A stretch of 64,000 nt of DNA, taken from the sequence record OK428535.1; one strand, 5' to 3'. The stretch is from Escherichia phage vB_EcoM_Lh1B. The notes under the pieces are model-generated. The model was not told the DNA's origin, ran no database searches, and saw only the letters and a list, made by a program, of their open reading frames with translations. The position numbers were made by a program, and so were the translations under genes. Position 1 is the stretch's first letter; each line of letters starts with the position of its first letter. Below are positions 1-9,166 of this stretch, one piece after another.

Positions 1-2
1 AA

Positions 3-260
3 ATCTTCATCACCCTCGGCATTGAGCGTCCGAAATCAACCGCATATCCGGTATCGGTTGCCAGCGTTATTCAGGAACTGGGCAAGATGCAGGAGCAGAC
101 CGTCGAAGTGAAAATCGACGAAGAGCAAATGCATATCGTTGCACAGGTACAGAAAACTCTGAACCTGGATAAACTGTACGCGGAAATCCGCAAGCAGCCG
201 AAAAAGAAACGTACTGCTGCCACAATCAAAGCAATGATGCGTGAAATTATCGGCAAGTAA
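3..260 (+). CDS. hypothetical protein, C-terminal fragment (5' end upstream of window)
   Basis: Open frame from window edge (first full codon at 3) to TAA at 258-260, followed by a strong hairpin terminator; absent from ORF track because no in-window start. Confidence 0.5.
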   Translation: MFITLGIERPKSTAYPVSVASVIQELGKMQEQTVEVKIDEEQMHIVAQVQKTLNLDKLYAEIRKQPKKKRTAATIKAMMREIIGK

Positions 261-270
261 TGCGATAAAA

Positions 271-318
271 AATAAAAGCCTACCTACTCCCAAGGGAGTA
301 GGTAGTTCTTTTTTTCTT
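271..318. terminator. bidirectional intrinsic terminator
   Basis: 12-bp stem CTACCTACTCCC / GGGAGTAGGTAG (280-305) flanked by an A-run upstream and T-run downstream, between convergent genes. Confidence 0.6.
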
Positions 319-941
319 TAATTTGTTAACCCGTTATCTTTCAGGATTTTCAACATCGCATCATTCAACGCCTGCAGTTCTTGATTCTGCTTAGTGAGTG
401 TTGCAACTTGTTCTGTCAGAGGAACCTGCTCACGGATTTTGGCTTTACGCACCGCTTCCATTTGCAAGTGTTCTTCTTCCGTCACCGTCCCTTCGTAATC
501 CATCGATGTGATGTCCACACGTGCATCGATTCCTAAACCGCGTTCTAAGATGCTTTTCAGGTCGTTCGTTAGCAGTGTGACATCGACGTATTCGGGTATT
601 AATGCCAGGTCAATAACCACCACATTGCGTCTATAATTTAACCCGTTCAGTCCAGGATACGTCTCAATGTACGTATCAGGCAACTCGTAGACTTGACCGT
701 CCCTCGACTTTAATGTTACAATCGAGGCTTCGACATTAGCGTCGCTGATATAGTCGTCACGAGTTAGGCCGACAGGTTTATAATACTTGTTATAAACGTC
801 AATATTATTACGTTGGAGTTTCGGAAAGTTCTGTACCGCGTCAACACGGTAAATCACTTTATCTGGCAACGTATAAGGTGCCTTAACCTTGAACAACCCC
901 TCAAGGTTAACCTGAGGCGTGTTAGGCAACAGTTGTGCCAT
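318..941 (-). CDS. hypothetical protein
   Basis: 207-aa ORF; GGAGGG SD-like sequence upstream of ATG; directly downstream of the 459-aa ORF on the same strand. Confidence 0.6.
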   Translation of the reverse strand: MAQLLPNTPQVNLEGLFKVKAPYTLPDKVIYRVDAVQNFPKLQRNNIDVYNKYYKPVGLTRDDYISDANVEASIVTLKSRDGQVYELPDTYIETYPGLNGLNYRRNVVVIDLALIPEYVDVTLLTNDLKSILERGLGIDARVDITSMDYEGTVTEEEHLQMEAVRKAKIREQVPLTEQVATLTKQNQELQALNDAMLKILKDNGLTN

Positions 942-951
942 TTAACCCTCC

Positions 952-2331
952 TTAGGCTTCTGGCTCTGCCNCAGGGACATCCCAAACAGCTTTGCGGGCC
1001 AAGACACGATACTCCACGTTATCGAATTCGAAGACGTAGAAGTAAACGTTAGGATCGACGTCGTCTACGAGCTTCACGATATCCAGCGGGGTGGAATGTG
1101 GGTGATACTCTTCCGCTGCGATTAACGCCTGGAAGAACAAGTCCAGCCACTCGGTGGTTTTCTTCGACATTCTCGCAATATCTGCATTGTTAGTGCCGAT
1201 TAATGCGTAGTCGGGAATCGTATCATGCAGGGTCGTTTTGCGTGAATCGTTTTCAGGGCCCGCGATAACTACAGCGTTTAGTGATTTATAGATGGACGGT
1301 AAATCCGTTACATCGGTAGTTGGAGTTGAGATTGCTCCACTATTTTTTTCCGTAATGGTTTGAACAGTCCACTCCCCAAATCGGGAGATTGCTTTGACCC
1401 AGAAATCATATGGGAGAATCGGCGAGTATAATGCCGCAACGTCTTCCTCATTTGGAANCCCACNAATTGACCAACCGGGAACAATTGTGAANTTGGNGGT
1501 CGTAAANATTTCTGGGAACACCTTGACACCCAACGCCACAGNAAAACTGGNGTTTNCCAAAATGTAATCACNNAACNCTTGTTTAATCCTGNTCGGGTTA
1601 CGACCCGCGCGTCCGTAGATGATAGCCGACATCGGTATCGGTAAGGTGGAATCAAAGTCTTCCTGGTCGTGCCAAGTATAGATGTTAGTAATCAGGCTAG
1701 TGTACGGATAACCGTCAGCTAATTCGTTAATCTTATTATGGTGATCCGGAAGGTTGAACCCTTCCATTGCCTTTTCGACTACAGATTTCACAGCCAAGAA
1801 AGTATCAACCGGTAATATCGGCATTTGGACTTCAATTTCAAATCCGGTATAGTCCTGATTGAAATCTTCATCAGCAAACCAGAGAATAATCTGGTTATTC
1901 ACATCAGATGGGTCTTCGACTTTATCTGCTGTGGTTTCAAGTTTCCAACTGACCCAACGTGGGAACCAGTTACTGTTAGTCTGAATCATCGCGCCAGACT
2001 GAACACCGCTGATGACACTATTAAATTGCCCCAACAGCAAACGCTGGAATTCAACTTCGTCGTTTCTTAAGTTGCCCAGGATAGACTGTTGGTAGATCCA
2101 TTGGGAAACAGTAAGAACGTGGTCGCTAAAGACGGCCGGGGTCTTAATAGGCAACTCGTCACGTTTAGAAGTAAAAGCAACCAGTTCCACCTGCAGATTT
2201 TCTTTAGTAAAATACTGCTTGCTTTTAGCGAACGAATATGACAGCTCAGACAACTCACCTACCGGAGCGGTGTTGCCAGGGCCATTATCAATCAGAGCCG
2301 CTATTTGAATAAAGCCTTGTAAATCATACAT
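952..2331 (-). CDS. hypothetical protein (possibly structural)
   Basis: 459-aa ORF with GGAG-like RBS; contains several N-derived ambiguous codons but frame is maintained. Confidence 0.6.
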   Translation of the reverse strand: MYDLQGFIQIAALIDNGPGNTAPVGELSELSYSFAKSKQYFTKENLQVELVAFTSKRDELPIKTPAVFSDHVLTVSQWIYQQSILGNLRNDEVEFQRLLLGQFNSVISGVQSGAMIQTNSNWFPRWVSWKLETTADKVEDPSDVNNQIILWFADEDFNQDYTGFEIEVQMPILPVDTFLAVKSVVEKAMEGFNLPDHHNKINELADGYPYTSLITNIYTWHDQEDFDSTLPIPMSAIIYGRAGRNPXRIKQXXXDYILXNXSFXVALGVKVFPEXFTTXXFTIVPGWSIXGXPNEEDVAALYSPILPYDFWVKAISRFGEWTVQTITEKNSGAISTPTTDVTDLPSIYKSLNAVVIAGPENDSRKTTLHDTIPDYALIGTNNADIARMSKKTTEWLDLFFQALIAAEEYHPHSTPLDIVKLVDDVDPNVYFYVFEFDNVEYRVLARKAVWDVPXAEPEA

Positions 2332-2349
2332 AATTAAAAACTCTCCGAG

Positions 2350-2865
2350 GTGAGCATGATAGCATCAGTTTTCAAACTGCTTCCATTCTTACAAATGCTG
2401 TGGGAAGCATTTAAACCGGGCGAGGGGGAGAAAGTAACACGAGCCGGGAAAATAGTGACACTAGTGATAGTGGCACTGATCGCGTTCTCTGCATTTGTCT
2501 CATACGCCTACATTGTTCAATACCACACACTGGTTAGCGTTCAATCGCGTACTCAGTATCTGGAGATATCCTATAAGGAGCTAAAAGAGAAGTCCGATCA
2601 TGGCGAAGTGGAGAACAATAAGTTGTACGATCGTCTCTTCACGTGCCTGGGTTCTCGACCGCCATATGATGGTACCAAATCTCCAACAGGAACAGGCACT
2701 GAGGCCGCGGTTCCGCCTGTANAAANCAANCCNGTAANNCCNCCGGCNCCGTTNAATCCNTCTANCCCNCCNNCCAAGAAATACCNGGCCNCTTCTCNCC
2801 CGGTAGGGTCGCAGGAGGCAAATGATTTCCGACAGGAGATTATCAGTACGCTTAATAATCCATGA
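2350..2865 (+). CDS. membrane protein, candidate i-spanin-like
   Basis: 171 aa; one hydrophobic segment (IVTLVIVALIAFSAFVSYAYIV) followed by a charged helical stretch and Pro/Gly-rich C-terminus; immediately precedes a lipoprotein gene. Confidence 0.35.
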   Translation: MSMIASVFKLLPFLQMLWEAFKPGEGEKVTRAGKIVTLVIVALIAFSAFVSYAYIVQYHTLVSVQSRTQYLEISYKELKEKSDHGEVENNKLYDRLFTCLGSRPPYDGTKSPTGTGTEAAVPPVXXXXVXXPXPXNXSXXXXKKYXAXSXPVGSQEANDFRQEIISTLNNP

Positions 2866-2874
2866 GGAGCATAC

Positions 2875-3354
2875 ATGAAGTTATTTTTGGTGGCGATACT
2901 GGTGCTATTGTTGACAGGATGCCCTGGAGCCATCCGTCACGTAGACCCAGATTACTCCTCAACCGGAGATTGGCCTTTTCGTCCTTTAGAACACCCACCA
3001 GTTTATGCTGGTGGGAACAGTCCTGAGGCGAAAAAGCTGGCAGGGAAAATGTTTGTTGCGGATGTGAACGCTTATGCTTATTACGTTTATCTGTACGCTA
3101 AGTCGTTGAACAATTACGCAGAAGCTAAGGGGTGGCGCACCCCGATGGCCGCACCGCTTTGTGAAGAGTTTATTCGCCCCACTCTTCATGATATACCCTC
3201 CGGGATATATCTCGACCCTGGTTCTCGTAGCCCTCAAGACATTAGTCGTGATTTGTCACGACAGATTAAGTCNCTCATTCGCAGCTATCGCGAAGACAGA
3301 GAGTCTTTTAATCATGCCTACGAACGGCACAAAAGTAGTTGCCTTGTGCAATGA
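2875..3354 (+). CDS. putative lipoprotein, candidate o-spanin-like
   Basis: N-terminal signal peptide MKLFLVAILVLLLTGC with lipobox L-T-G-C; 159 aa, longer than typical o-spanins. Confidence 0.45.
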   Translation: MKLFLVAILVLLLTGCPGAIRHVDPDYSSTGDWPFRPLEHPPVYAGGNSPEAKKLAGKMFVADVNAYAYYVYLYAKSLNNYAEAKGWRTPMAAPLCEEFIRPTLHDIPSGIYLDPGSRSPQDISRDLSRQIKXLIRSYREDRESFNHAYERHKSSCLVQ

Positions 3355-3358
3355 AAAC

Positions 3359-3397
3359 TCCCTCTTACCTTCGGGTAAGAGGGGATTTCCTTTTTTA
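3359..3397 (+). terminator. intrinsic terminator
   Basis: Stem CCTCTTACC / GGTAAGAGG with TTCG loop followed by T-tract, directly after stop of 2875..3354. Confidence 0.6.
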
Positions 3398-3413
3398 NNT
3401 TAATANTCAATAN

Positions 3414-3426
3414 TGTGATATATAAT
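3414..3426 (+). promoter_or_regulatory. candidate extended -10-like promoter element
   Basis: TGTGATATATAAT about 17 nt upstream of the 3443 start, downstream of a terminator; contains N calls nearby. Confidence 0.3.
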
Positions 3427-3442
3427 CTCNTGGNGAGTTGAA

Positions 3443-4162
3443 ATGACATATCCTAAAATTCTGCCTGTTTTAACGCCCACCGTTGTTGTTGGGACGGACT
3501 TAGAGACCCTGGCTTTACGTCCAGATGCCTACATCTTAACGTTGGCAAACGTGGCATTCGATGTTCCGACAATGAAAATGATCGGTTCATGTTACCACAA
3601 AATCGACCCCAATGATGCAAAAGCAAAAGAAATCTTCTACATCGATCCACAAACGGTCGGTTATTGGGAAGGTAAAGGCGACCCCGAATACGCACCGAGC
3701 GAGAAAGCACGTATTGAAGCGTTTTCTGGGACCACTCCACTGCCAGAAGCACTGTGGGCGGCCAAAAAATGGTTGGATGATCTGGGCAACGTGAAAATGG
3801 TTATCACCATGCGCGGTCCCGATTTCGATGCTCCAATTCTGATGAACGCATTCGCGCAGTGCGATATCCCGCCGGGCAAGTACCGCAAGTTTTCTATATT
3901 GGACTCTGACCGGACTGCAGAACGTATTGCATATGCGTTTGGCCTGGAACCGAACTGGCACGCAGAAGCGCACCATTGGACCCGTGGCAAAGAAGCGTAC
4001 GAGCATAACGCTAGCTTCGATGCTGCGAAGGAAGCGTATTCTACGGCACGCATCTATCATTTGGCCCTGGTCGCGCGTACGTACGGCTTCGAACGCATGT
4101 TAGAAGCCCACCGCGAAATGTGCACAGGTGAATACATTCCACCGCAGTTGCGAGGAGAATAA
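3443..4162 (+). CDS. DnaQ-like DEDDh 3'-5' exonuclease
   Basis: 239 aa; N-terminal VVVGTDLETLA (Exo I D-x-E) and C-terminal HNASFDA (Exo III H-x4-D) in the expected order. Confidence 0.6.
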   Translation: MTYPKILPVLTPTVVVGTDLETLALRPDAYILTLANVAFDVPTMKMIGSCYHKIDPNDAKAKEIFYIDPQTVGYWEGKGDPEYAPSEKARIEAFSGTTPLPEALWAAKKWLDDLGNVKMVITMRGPDFDAPILMNAFAQCDIPPGKYRKFSILDSDRTAERIAYAFGLEPNWHAEAHHWTRGKEAYEHNASFDAAKEAYSTARIYHLALVARTYGFERMLEAHREMCTGEYIPPQLRGE

Positions 4163-5676
4163 TGAAAGACGTCGACGTAGCGGTTATTTATACCGATGGT
4201 AGTCATACTGAGTCCCCGAAAGGTTCGGGGGCTGGTATTCATGGTTATTTATTCAACAACGGAGATTTGGAAGACAGTCAGGCTTATAGCCATCCGGGTG
4301 TTTCANAANGGATTACCACTGTTGGATANAAAAAAGNGCCGCAGGNTGNGAAGTGTCCGGNGTTGCCGGACACCGTTNAATTTNTNGACGCCGTTNTTCC
4401 CGTTCCNAAANAGTTNTNCNCAGATGTGGGNGNGTTAATCNCCTTCATCACGTTNTTTGAGAACGCGCCCTTCCGCGCGAAGAACTATATCATCTACGTG
4501 GATGCCAGTTACGTTGTAAACACTTTTAACGAGTGGATAGACGGCTGGCATAAACGTGGTTGGGTTCGTGCTGACGGTACTCCGCTGGCGAACAAAGAAC
4601 TTATTGTTCGTATCTGGGAAATCAAACAGCAGATGAAAAAAGAAGGACGGGGTGTTAAGGTTATCAAAATCAAAGGACACTCCGGCCACTACGGTAACGA
4701 CCGGGCGGACGAATTGGCTAGAAAAGGTTCAGCCATCACAGCGACCAACGACGGCGTTCCATATCAGCCGTACTGGTCGAAGGATGAGTTGCCTGCATCC
4801 GCGGAACCCGAGCCCATCGCCGCTGGGATGAACCTTGCGGCATATCCGCCTATTTGTACGGTTAAATATTGCTATCCGTTGGTGAACGAGGACCATCCTA
4901 CTGTAAAAGTGAAAGATGAAACTTTCTATTACATGTTTGGTGGCAACCATGCAAAGAACAAGGACGACTTGGTGTTTATTGGGAAAATGATTCCTGATGC
5001 ACACTTTTCCGTAATGTTCACTAAACAACCGTGGGATAACATCTACACGATTGTAAATACCCACGCCGCCCTGGCATGGAAAGATACACCGAAGATGCGG
5101 CAGTATGATCCAATCGGTGTTGTTAACAATGAGTTCGTTAAACGTAAGAAGTTCGTTGATGTGGCAGGTGATGGATTACCGGCAGACAAGATGCATTTCA
5201 GTGGAGAAGATTCCAATGTCTGGTTCTTTGAAGACCTGGCCATCTCCAGAATGCTTCGCCCGCCCTTATTGTCGTACCGTGCGCTGGATATTCGTGATGA
5301 ACTCGCTACAACGTTGCGAGATGTTCTGCATCAGGAAAAGGGTTACGTCTTAAACGACATTACCGACTTGCTATTCGACGACAAAGGTAAACCTGTCAAG
5401 GAATACTACCGTAGCGTCGATAAGTCAATAACGTTAAAGATTGACTTTCCGATGGGTAAACGACCTGTCTCGGTTATTTTGACTCGCGGTATCGATATTC
5501 CATCACGTACGGAAATCAACCGTATTAAAGAACCCGAAGGCCGTTATTACATCGCGGTGTGTCGTCCTGAAAAATACTACATCCGTTACTTCTTAATCTA
5601 TATCGGTAAAGAGTATCATGGGTTGTGGTGTGCGTATTACGCAAACCGTCGCATACTGCGAGAAGAAGAGGTGTAA
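4162..5676 (+). CDS. RNase HI-domain protein with large C-terminal extension
   Basis: 504 aa; N-terminal VAVIYTDGSH...GSGAGIHGYLF and KIKGHSGHYGNDRADELARKG match RNase HI catalytic blocks; about 350 aa of unknown function follow; N calls inside the RNase H domain. Confidence 0.65.
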   Translation: MKDVDVAVIYTDGSHTESPKGSGAGIHGYLFNNGDLEDSQAYSHPGVSXXITTVGXKKXPQXXKCPXLPDTVXFXDAVXPVXKXXXXDVXXLIXFITXFENAPFRAKNYIIYVDASYVVNTFNEWIDGWHKRGWVRADGTPLANKELIVRIWEIKQQMKKEGRGVKVIKIKGHSGHYGNDRADELARKGSAITATNDGVPYQPYWSKDELPASAEPEPIAAGMNLAAYPPICTVKYCYPLVNEDHPTVKVKDETFYYMFGGNHAKNKDDLVFIGKMIPDAHFSVMFTKQPWDNIYTIVNTHAALAWKDTPKMRQYDPIGVVNNEFVKRKKFVDVAGDGLPADKMHFSGEDSNVWFFEDLAISRMLRPPLLSYRALDIRDELATTLRDVLHQEKGYVLNDITDLLFDDKGKPVKEYYRSVDKSITLKIDFPMGKRPVSVILTRGIDIPSRTEINRIKEPEGRYYIAVCRPEKYYIRYFLIYIGKEYHGLWCAYYANRRILREEEV

Positions 5677-5677
5677 C

Positions 5678-6418
5678 ATGTTGCGAGTCGTGAGTGAATC
5701 GCTCACGCTCCACACACAAAGTCTGATTAACTGTGTGGAGCAATACGGATGGATGTCGTGGATGGCAACGAACCGTGAGTTTGGTGCTGCGCCCATGGAA
5801 GATTACGACGTGTTGTACAAGTGGGGATTTGAAGCGGCTTGTGATGTTGTGGCAGAGCTGGTTACCGAAACAATTGCGCGTTACAACGCAAGATGTGATG
5901 AACCGATGCCTAAACAAGTCCCGCCGCAAATACCTCCGCTACCGACAATCGATCGTGAGCATTGTCGAATCTGGACAATGGAAGAGTTGTACGACGAACA
6001 CGTTAGAATGCTGAAACCGAACGAGCTAATAACCGGTGCGTTGAACTGGTTCTTACATCGTTTCTGGACAGAGTTGGTCGATGTGGCGGGTGACGAAGAT
6101 AATTGTTCTCAGGTTATTTGGTACGATCGAGCGATGTTTCATCGCAGTCTTAAAGATCGTAGTCTCTGCAACCTGTATATTGTTGACCCGTGTGAAGACA
6201 TTGTAAAGGTTGCAGAAGGTAACTCTTATTCCGACTTGGTGATGCCCGTGGTAGAAAAACCGATGGGTATTTTCCTGCAGGGNGACGNTTGGGTTTTAAC
6301 GGATGATATCTCGGGCTACCTGCTGGACCCGGATGACATTCACTCGGACGAACCTGATACCATCGAGTATTTTCACTTTACAGAACAGGCAGCACGCTTC
6401 TTGCATCTCTTAAAGTAA
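5678..6418 (+). CDS. hypothetical protein
   Basis: In-frame ATG at 5678 two bases after the upstream stop with GAAGAGG SD-like sequence; preferred over the ORF-track start at 5618, which overlaps the upstream gene. Confidence 0.55.
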   Translation: MLRVVSESLTLHTQSLINCVEQYGWMSWMATNREFGAAPMEDYDVLYKWGFEAACDVVAELVTETIARYNARCDEPMPKQVPPQIPPLPTIDREHCRIWTMEELYDEHVRMLKPNELITGALNWFLHRFWTELVDVAGDEDNCSQVIWYDRAMFHRSLKDRSLCNLYIVDPCEDIVKVAEGNSYSDLVMPVVEKPMGIFLQXDXWVLTDDISGYLLDPDDIHSDEPDTIEYFHFTEQAARFLHLLK

Positions 6419-6421
6419 TCT

Positions 6422-6439
6422 GAGATAGATATTATCTAC
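6422..6439 (+). promoter_or_regulatory. candidate phage promoter motif (AT-rich TATATTAC-like family)
   Basis: GAGATAGATATTATCTAC about 33 nt upstream of 6472 start; related motifs at 14951..14978 and 46607..46634. Confidence 0.35.
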
Positions 6440-6471
6440 AGGGACGTAACCTTAAGGAGAATTTATTCACG

Positions 6472-7206
6472 ATGCTTAAAGTCGAAGTGCCAGTGCTTTT
6501 AAACCTCACGCCCCAGTTCTTTGAAGCGTTGTTCGAAAAGCATTGGCCCGCGTTCGCGAAGAACGAACTAAAGGATAACCCACAGTGGTATCCACTGCGC
6601 GATGAATTCAAGTACACAGCCATCAACGTCTGTATAGAAGTCTTCACTGCGTGGTTACAAGAGATGTACGACTGCATCAACACCGAACGGTTGTTCACGC
6701 TAGAACATGTAGAGATTAATGTTGTTGACGTCTACGAAGGTTACACCTACGAAGAAGGCATTACTGCCACGGGGTTAAGCCAACAAGACGTTGAAGAACA
6801 AATCTTTGCGTGGATCGAGTGGTTCACGGAAAAGTTGATGCTGGCTGATTTTGTCACGCAGGTGGAAGATGTATTCATCCCAATGTACGAGCGGTTAGCT
6901 GAGATACGTCGTAACCATCGTCTGCTCGGTTACTGGTATGACACTTATACCACCTCCTCAACATTGTGGTCTTCCGCTACTGCCGCATTTGGCATAACTG
7001 AAGGCGATTACGATGTCATTCATTCCGGCCCTTGGCAGTATGGTTTCGGCACCCTGTGGCACGAGCTGACCGATGCCATGTGCCTGGACTTTTATCTGTG
7101 TGGAGGTAAGTTTTACACGGATAACTGCGTGAGCCAAATTCCGAATGGTGCGATGGTGGTGATGTGTCGCATCCGTAAAGAAGTCGCTGAGAAACTAAAC
7201 TACTGA
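6472..7206 (+). CDS. hypothetical protein
   Basis: 244-aa ORF with AAGGAG RBS. Confidence 0.6.
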   Translation: MLKVEVPVLLNLTPQFFEALFEKHWPAFAKNELKDNPQWYPLRDEFKYTAINVCIEVFTAWLQEMYDCINTERLFTLEHVEINVVDVYEGYTYEEGITATGLSQQDVEEQIFAWIEWFTEKLMLADFVTQVEDVFIPMYERLAEIRRNHRLLGYWYDTYTTSSTLWSSATAAFGITEGDYDVIHSGPWQYGFGTLWHELTDAMCLDFYLCGGKFYTDNCVSQIPNGAMVVMCRIRKEVAEKLNY

Positions 7207-7219
7207 AGGAGTATTTAAA

Positions 7220-7591
7220 ATGACGCAAGACGAATTTGAAACGATGGTAAAACAGTATTACAAAGAAGGGACTATTCTGTACATAGTCGCACCCGAGAGC
7301 GAAAACTGGTTGACGTTATCGTCGCGGGTAACCACCCTACGCGGCCCAGTTTCTCAAGAAATAAGACAGATGGCTCGTATAGTTCGAGATACCGCCATCC
7401 AGGGCGGTAAAGTCGTCAGCTTCTCCCACCTCTCTCCGATCGGCCACTCTAACTTAGAAACCGAAGTTGATGTCGTTGCTACTGTTGGTTTTGATTTAGA
7501 TGGCTCTCCAGGCTCGAACCTTGTCGTGATTAAGAAATGGCGTGGATACGATGCAATCCCATCGCCAGGGGTGTGGCCGGCAACCAACTAG
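7220..7591 (+). CDS. hypothetical protein
   Basis: 123-aa ORF with AAGGAG RBS. Confidence 0.55.
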   Translation: MTQDEFETMVKQYYKEGTILYIVAPESENWLTLSSRVTTLRGPVSQEIRQMARIVRDTAIQGGKVVSFSHLSPIGHSNLETEVDVVATVGFDLDGSPGSNLVVIKKWRGYDAIPSPGVWPATN

Positions 7592-7601
7592 AGGGGTCGC
7601 T

Positions 7602-8009
7602 ATGTTAAAGGTGTATAGCGAGTCATTGATGGACTTGCAAGAGTATCTAAAGCATGTGGAAATTAACGGCAACCGTGGAATGATATACTCCATGGTTGTC
7701 GAGATTTTAATTAAAATCGTGCTTGTTTCATTCCACGTAGCAGAAAATGGCACTGCTGTACCAGGAGATGTTTATAAAGGCGTTATTAAGCATCTTAGCG
7801 AGCGCTACAGTTGTTTACGTGAACCGGATATCTTTAATGAGGTGCAGCGTGTTGTGTTGCTTATCCTCGACAACCGTGAAGACTTGGCGTACAAGCTTGC
7901 GCATGAATTGGCAGACACGTCACAGCACGGTGGACAACTGAAATATAACGTTGTGGATCTCGTAGCGTGCAGATACTGGTATACGCAGCCCGAGGTAAGT
8001 AACTTTTAA
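7602..8009 (+). CDS. hypothetical protein
   Basis: In-frame ATG at 7602 with AGGGG SD-like sequence just after the upstream stop; preferred over the overlapping ORF-track start at 7542. Confidence 0.5.
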   Translation: MLKVYSESLMDLQEYLKHVEINGNRGMIYSMVVEILIKIVLVSFHVAENGTAVPGDVYKGVIKHLSERYSCLREPDIFNEVQRVVLLILDNREDLAYKLAHELADTSQHGGQLKYNVVDLVACRYWYTQPEVSNF

Positions 8010-8019
8010 GGAGCATTAG

Positions 8020-8559
8020 ATGCAAATCGTAATTGACTTCGCTCTGTCGGAGTCGAGACGTCAGCTAGATGAAATTCTGTTAGGATTAAAACGTGACGTG
8101 GAATTTGAACTTCACGATGCGTTGGCCGTCCACGAAAATCGTTTGTCTGACGAAATAGGTTCGGGTGTAGATGTGGCTATCTGTGACACTGGGGATATGG
8201 TAAATCAGCTTATTGAACGTATGTTCACGCGGCTGCGTAACATTCTGAACTATCCCCATCGTTTTGAACTGGTAGAAGGGACGGACCAAATCACCGACTT
8301 ATTGAGTGAAGCCTTTGATAAGGTTGGTGAATCTCTGGCGGGGTTACATCAAGAGAACCTGGGCGAGACATATGTTGCTGTGGTCATTAACGGGCAAACG
8401 TCGAACGTTACGGATACGGTAACATGGTCCGATATCGTTGACCAGCCAATCATTGACAAAATCACCAAGCTGTATCNTGAGGCGGAGATGAAGGTGCTGG
8501 CTATCTGTCGTCGCGAACTGCTCTATCTCGGCGAGAAATATGGGAAACCTGTTGAATGA
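8020..8559 (+). CDS. hypothetical protein
   Basis: 179-aa ORF with AAGGAG RBS. Confidence 0.55.
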   Translation: MQIVIDFALSESRRQLDEILLGLKRDVEFELHDALAVHENRLSDEIGSGVDVAICDTGDMVNQLIERMFTRLRNILNYPHRFELVEGTDQITDLLSEAFDKVGESLAGLHQENLGETYVAVVINGQTSNVTDTVTWSDIVDQPIIDKITKLYXEAEMKVLAICRRELLYLGEKYGKPVE

Positions 8560-9098
8560 AAATATTCATTGATTTACTCGATGACGAATTTCGTGAAATA
8601 TTTCCAGCGGCGTTGTTCGAGTTTAAGCGTAAGTGTGAAGACTATCTGATACCGAAGAATATCGATCGTCAACACCTCGCTGGACTTATCTCTGCGGCGT
8701 ACGTCAATATCGCGGTAAATGAAGTTCATCAACTCGCGCAACGTATTGCGTGTTTCGAATACAACGACGAAGACATTGAAGACGGCTTCCTGCAGTCTAA
8801 GATGGGTCGCTTCTCACTCGAACTCAAGACCGATGAGGTTATTGATAAGGTCGGTAAAGCCTTTGATGAAATGAAGGACATCGAAATGATGATTAAGATG
8901 TCTGGACCGGAAGCAGGCCCATTGAAAGAAGCGTGGGAACATCTCAACCGCGACGAGTATAAAGAGATGTACATGGGTGAGTTCACCACCATGCTACGTC
9001 ACCTCGAAGCACAGGTCTGGGAGCATATCGTTTCACGTCTGAAAGAAATACTGATTGTGATTGAGCCAATGCAGCCACTCGCTATTAGTAAATTCTAG
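8556..9098 (+). CDS. hypothetical protein
   Basis: 180-aa ORF; start overlaps upstream stop (ATGA), suggesting translational coupling. Confidence 0.55.
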   Translation: MKIFIDLLDDEFREIFPAALFEFKRKCEDYLIPKNIDRQHLAGLISAAYVNIAVNEVHQLAQRIACFEYNDEDIEDGFLQSKMGRFSLELKTDEVIDKVGKAFDEMKDIEMMIKMSGPEAGPLKEAWEHLNRDEYKEMYMGEFTTMLRHLEAQVWEHIVSRLKEILIVIEPMQPLAISKF

Positions 9099-9102
9099 TT
9101 AA

Positions 9103-9137
9103 ACGGACACTCTTCGGGGTGTCCGTAGTTTTATTTT
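9103..9137 (+). terminator. intrinsic terminator
   Basis: Stem ACGGACAC / GTGTCCGT with TTCG-containing loop, then T-tract. Confidence 0.6.
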
Positions 9138-9149
9138 AATCGACCATTA
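9136..9149 (+). promoter_or_regulatory. conserved upstream element TTAATCGACCATTA
   Basis: Same 14-mer (one variant) found at 46657..46670 and 47536..47549, each 17-19 nt upstream of an ATG with AAGGA(G) RBS between. Confidence 0.3.
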
Positions 9150-9166
9150 ATCTAAAGGAGTATTAA

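Noticed and set aside
36-293. Minus-strand 85-aa and 61-aa ORFs at the window start
   Set aside because: They overlap the plus-strand frame that runs to the stop at 258-260 and is followed by a terminator; the plus-strand reading is more coherent
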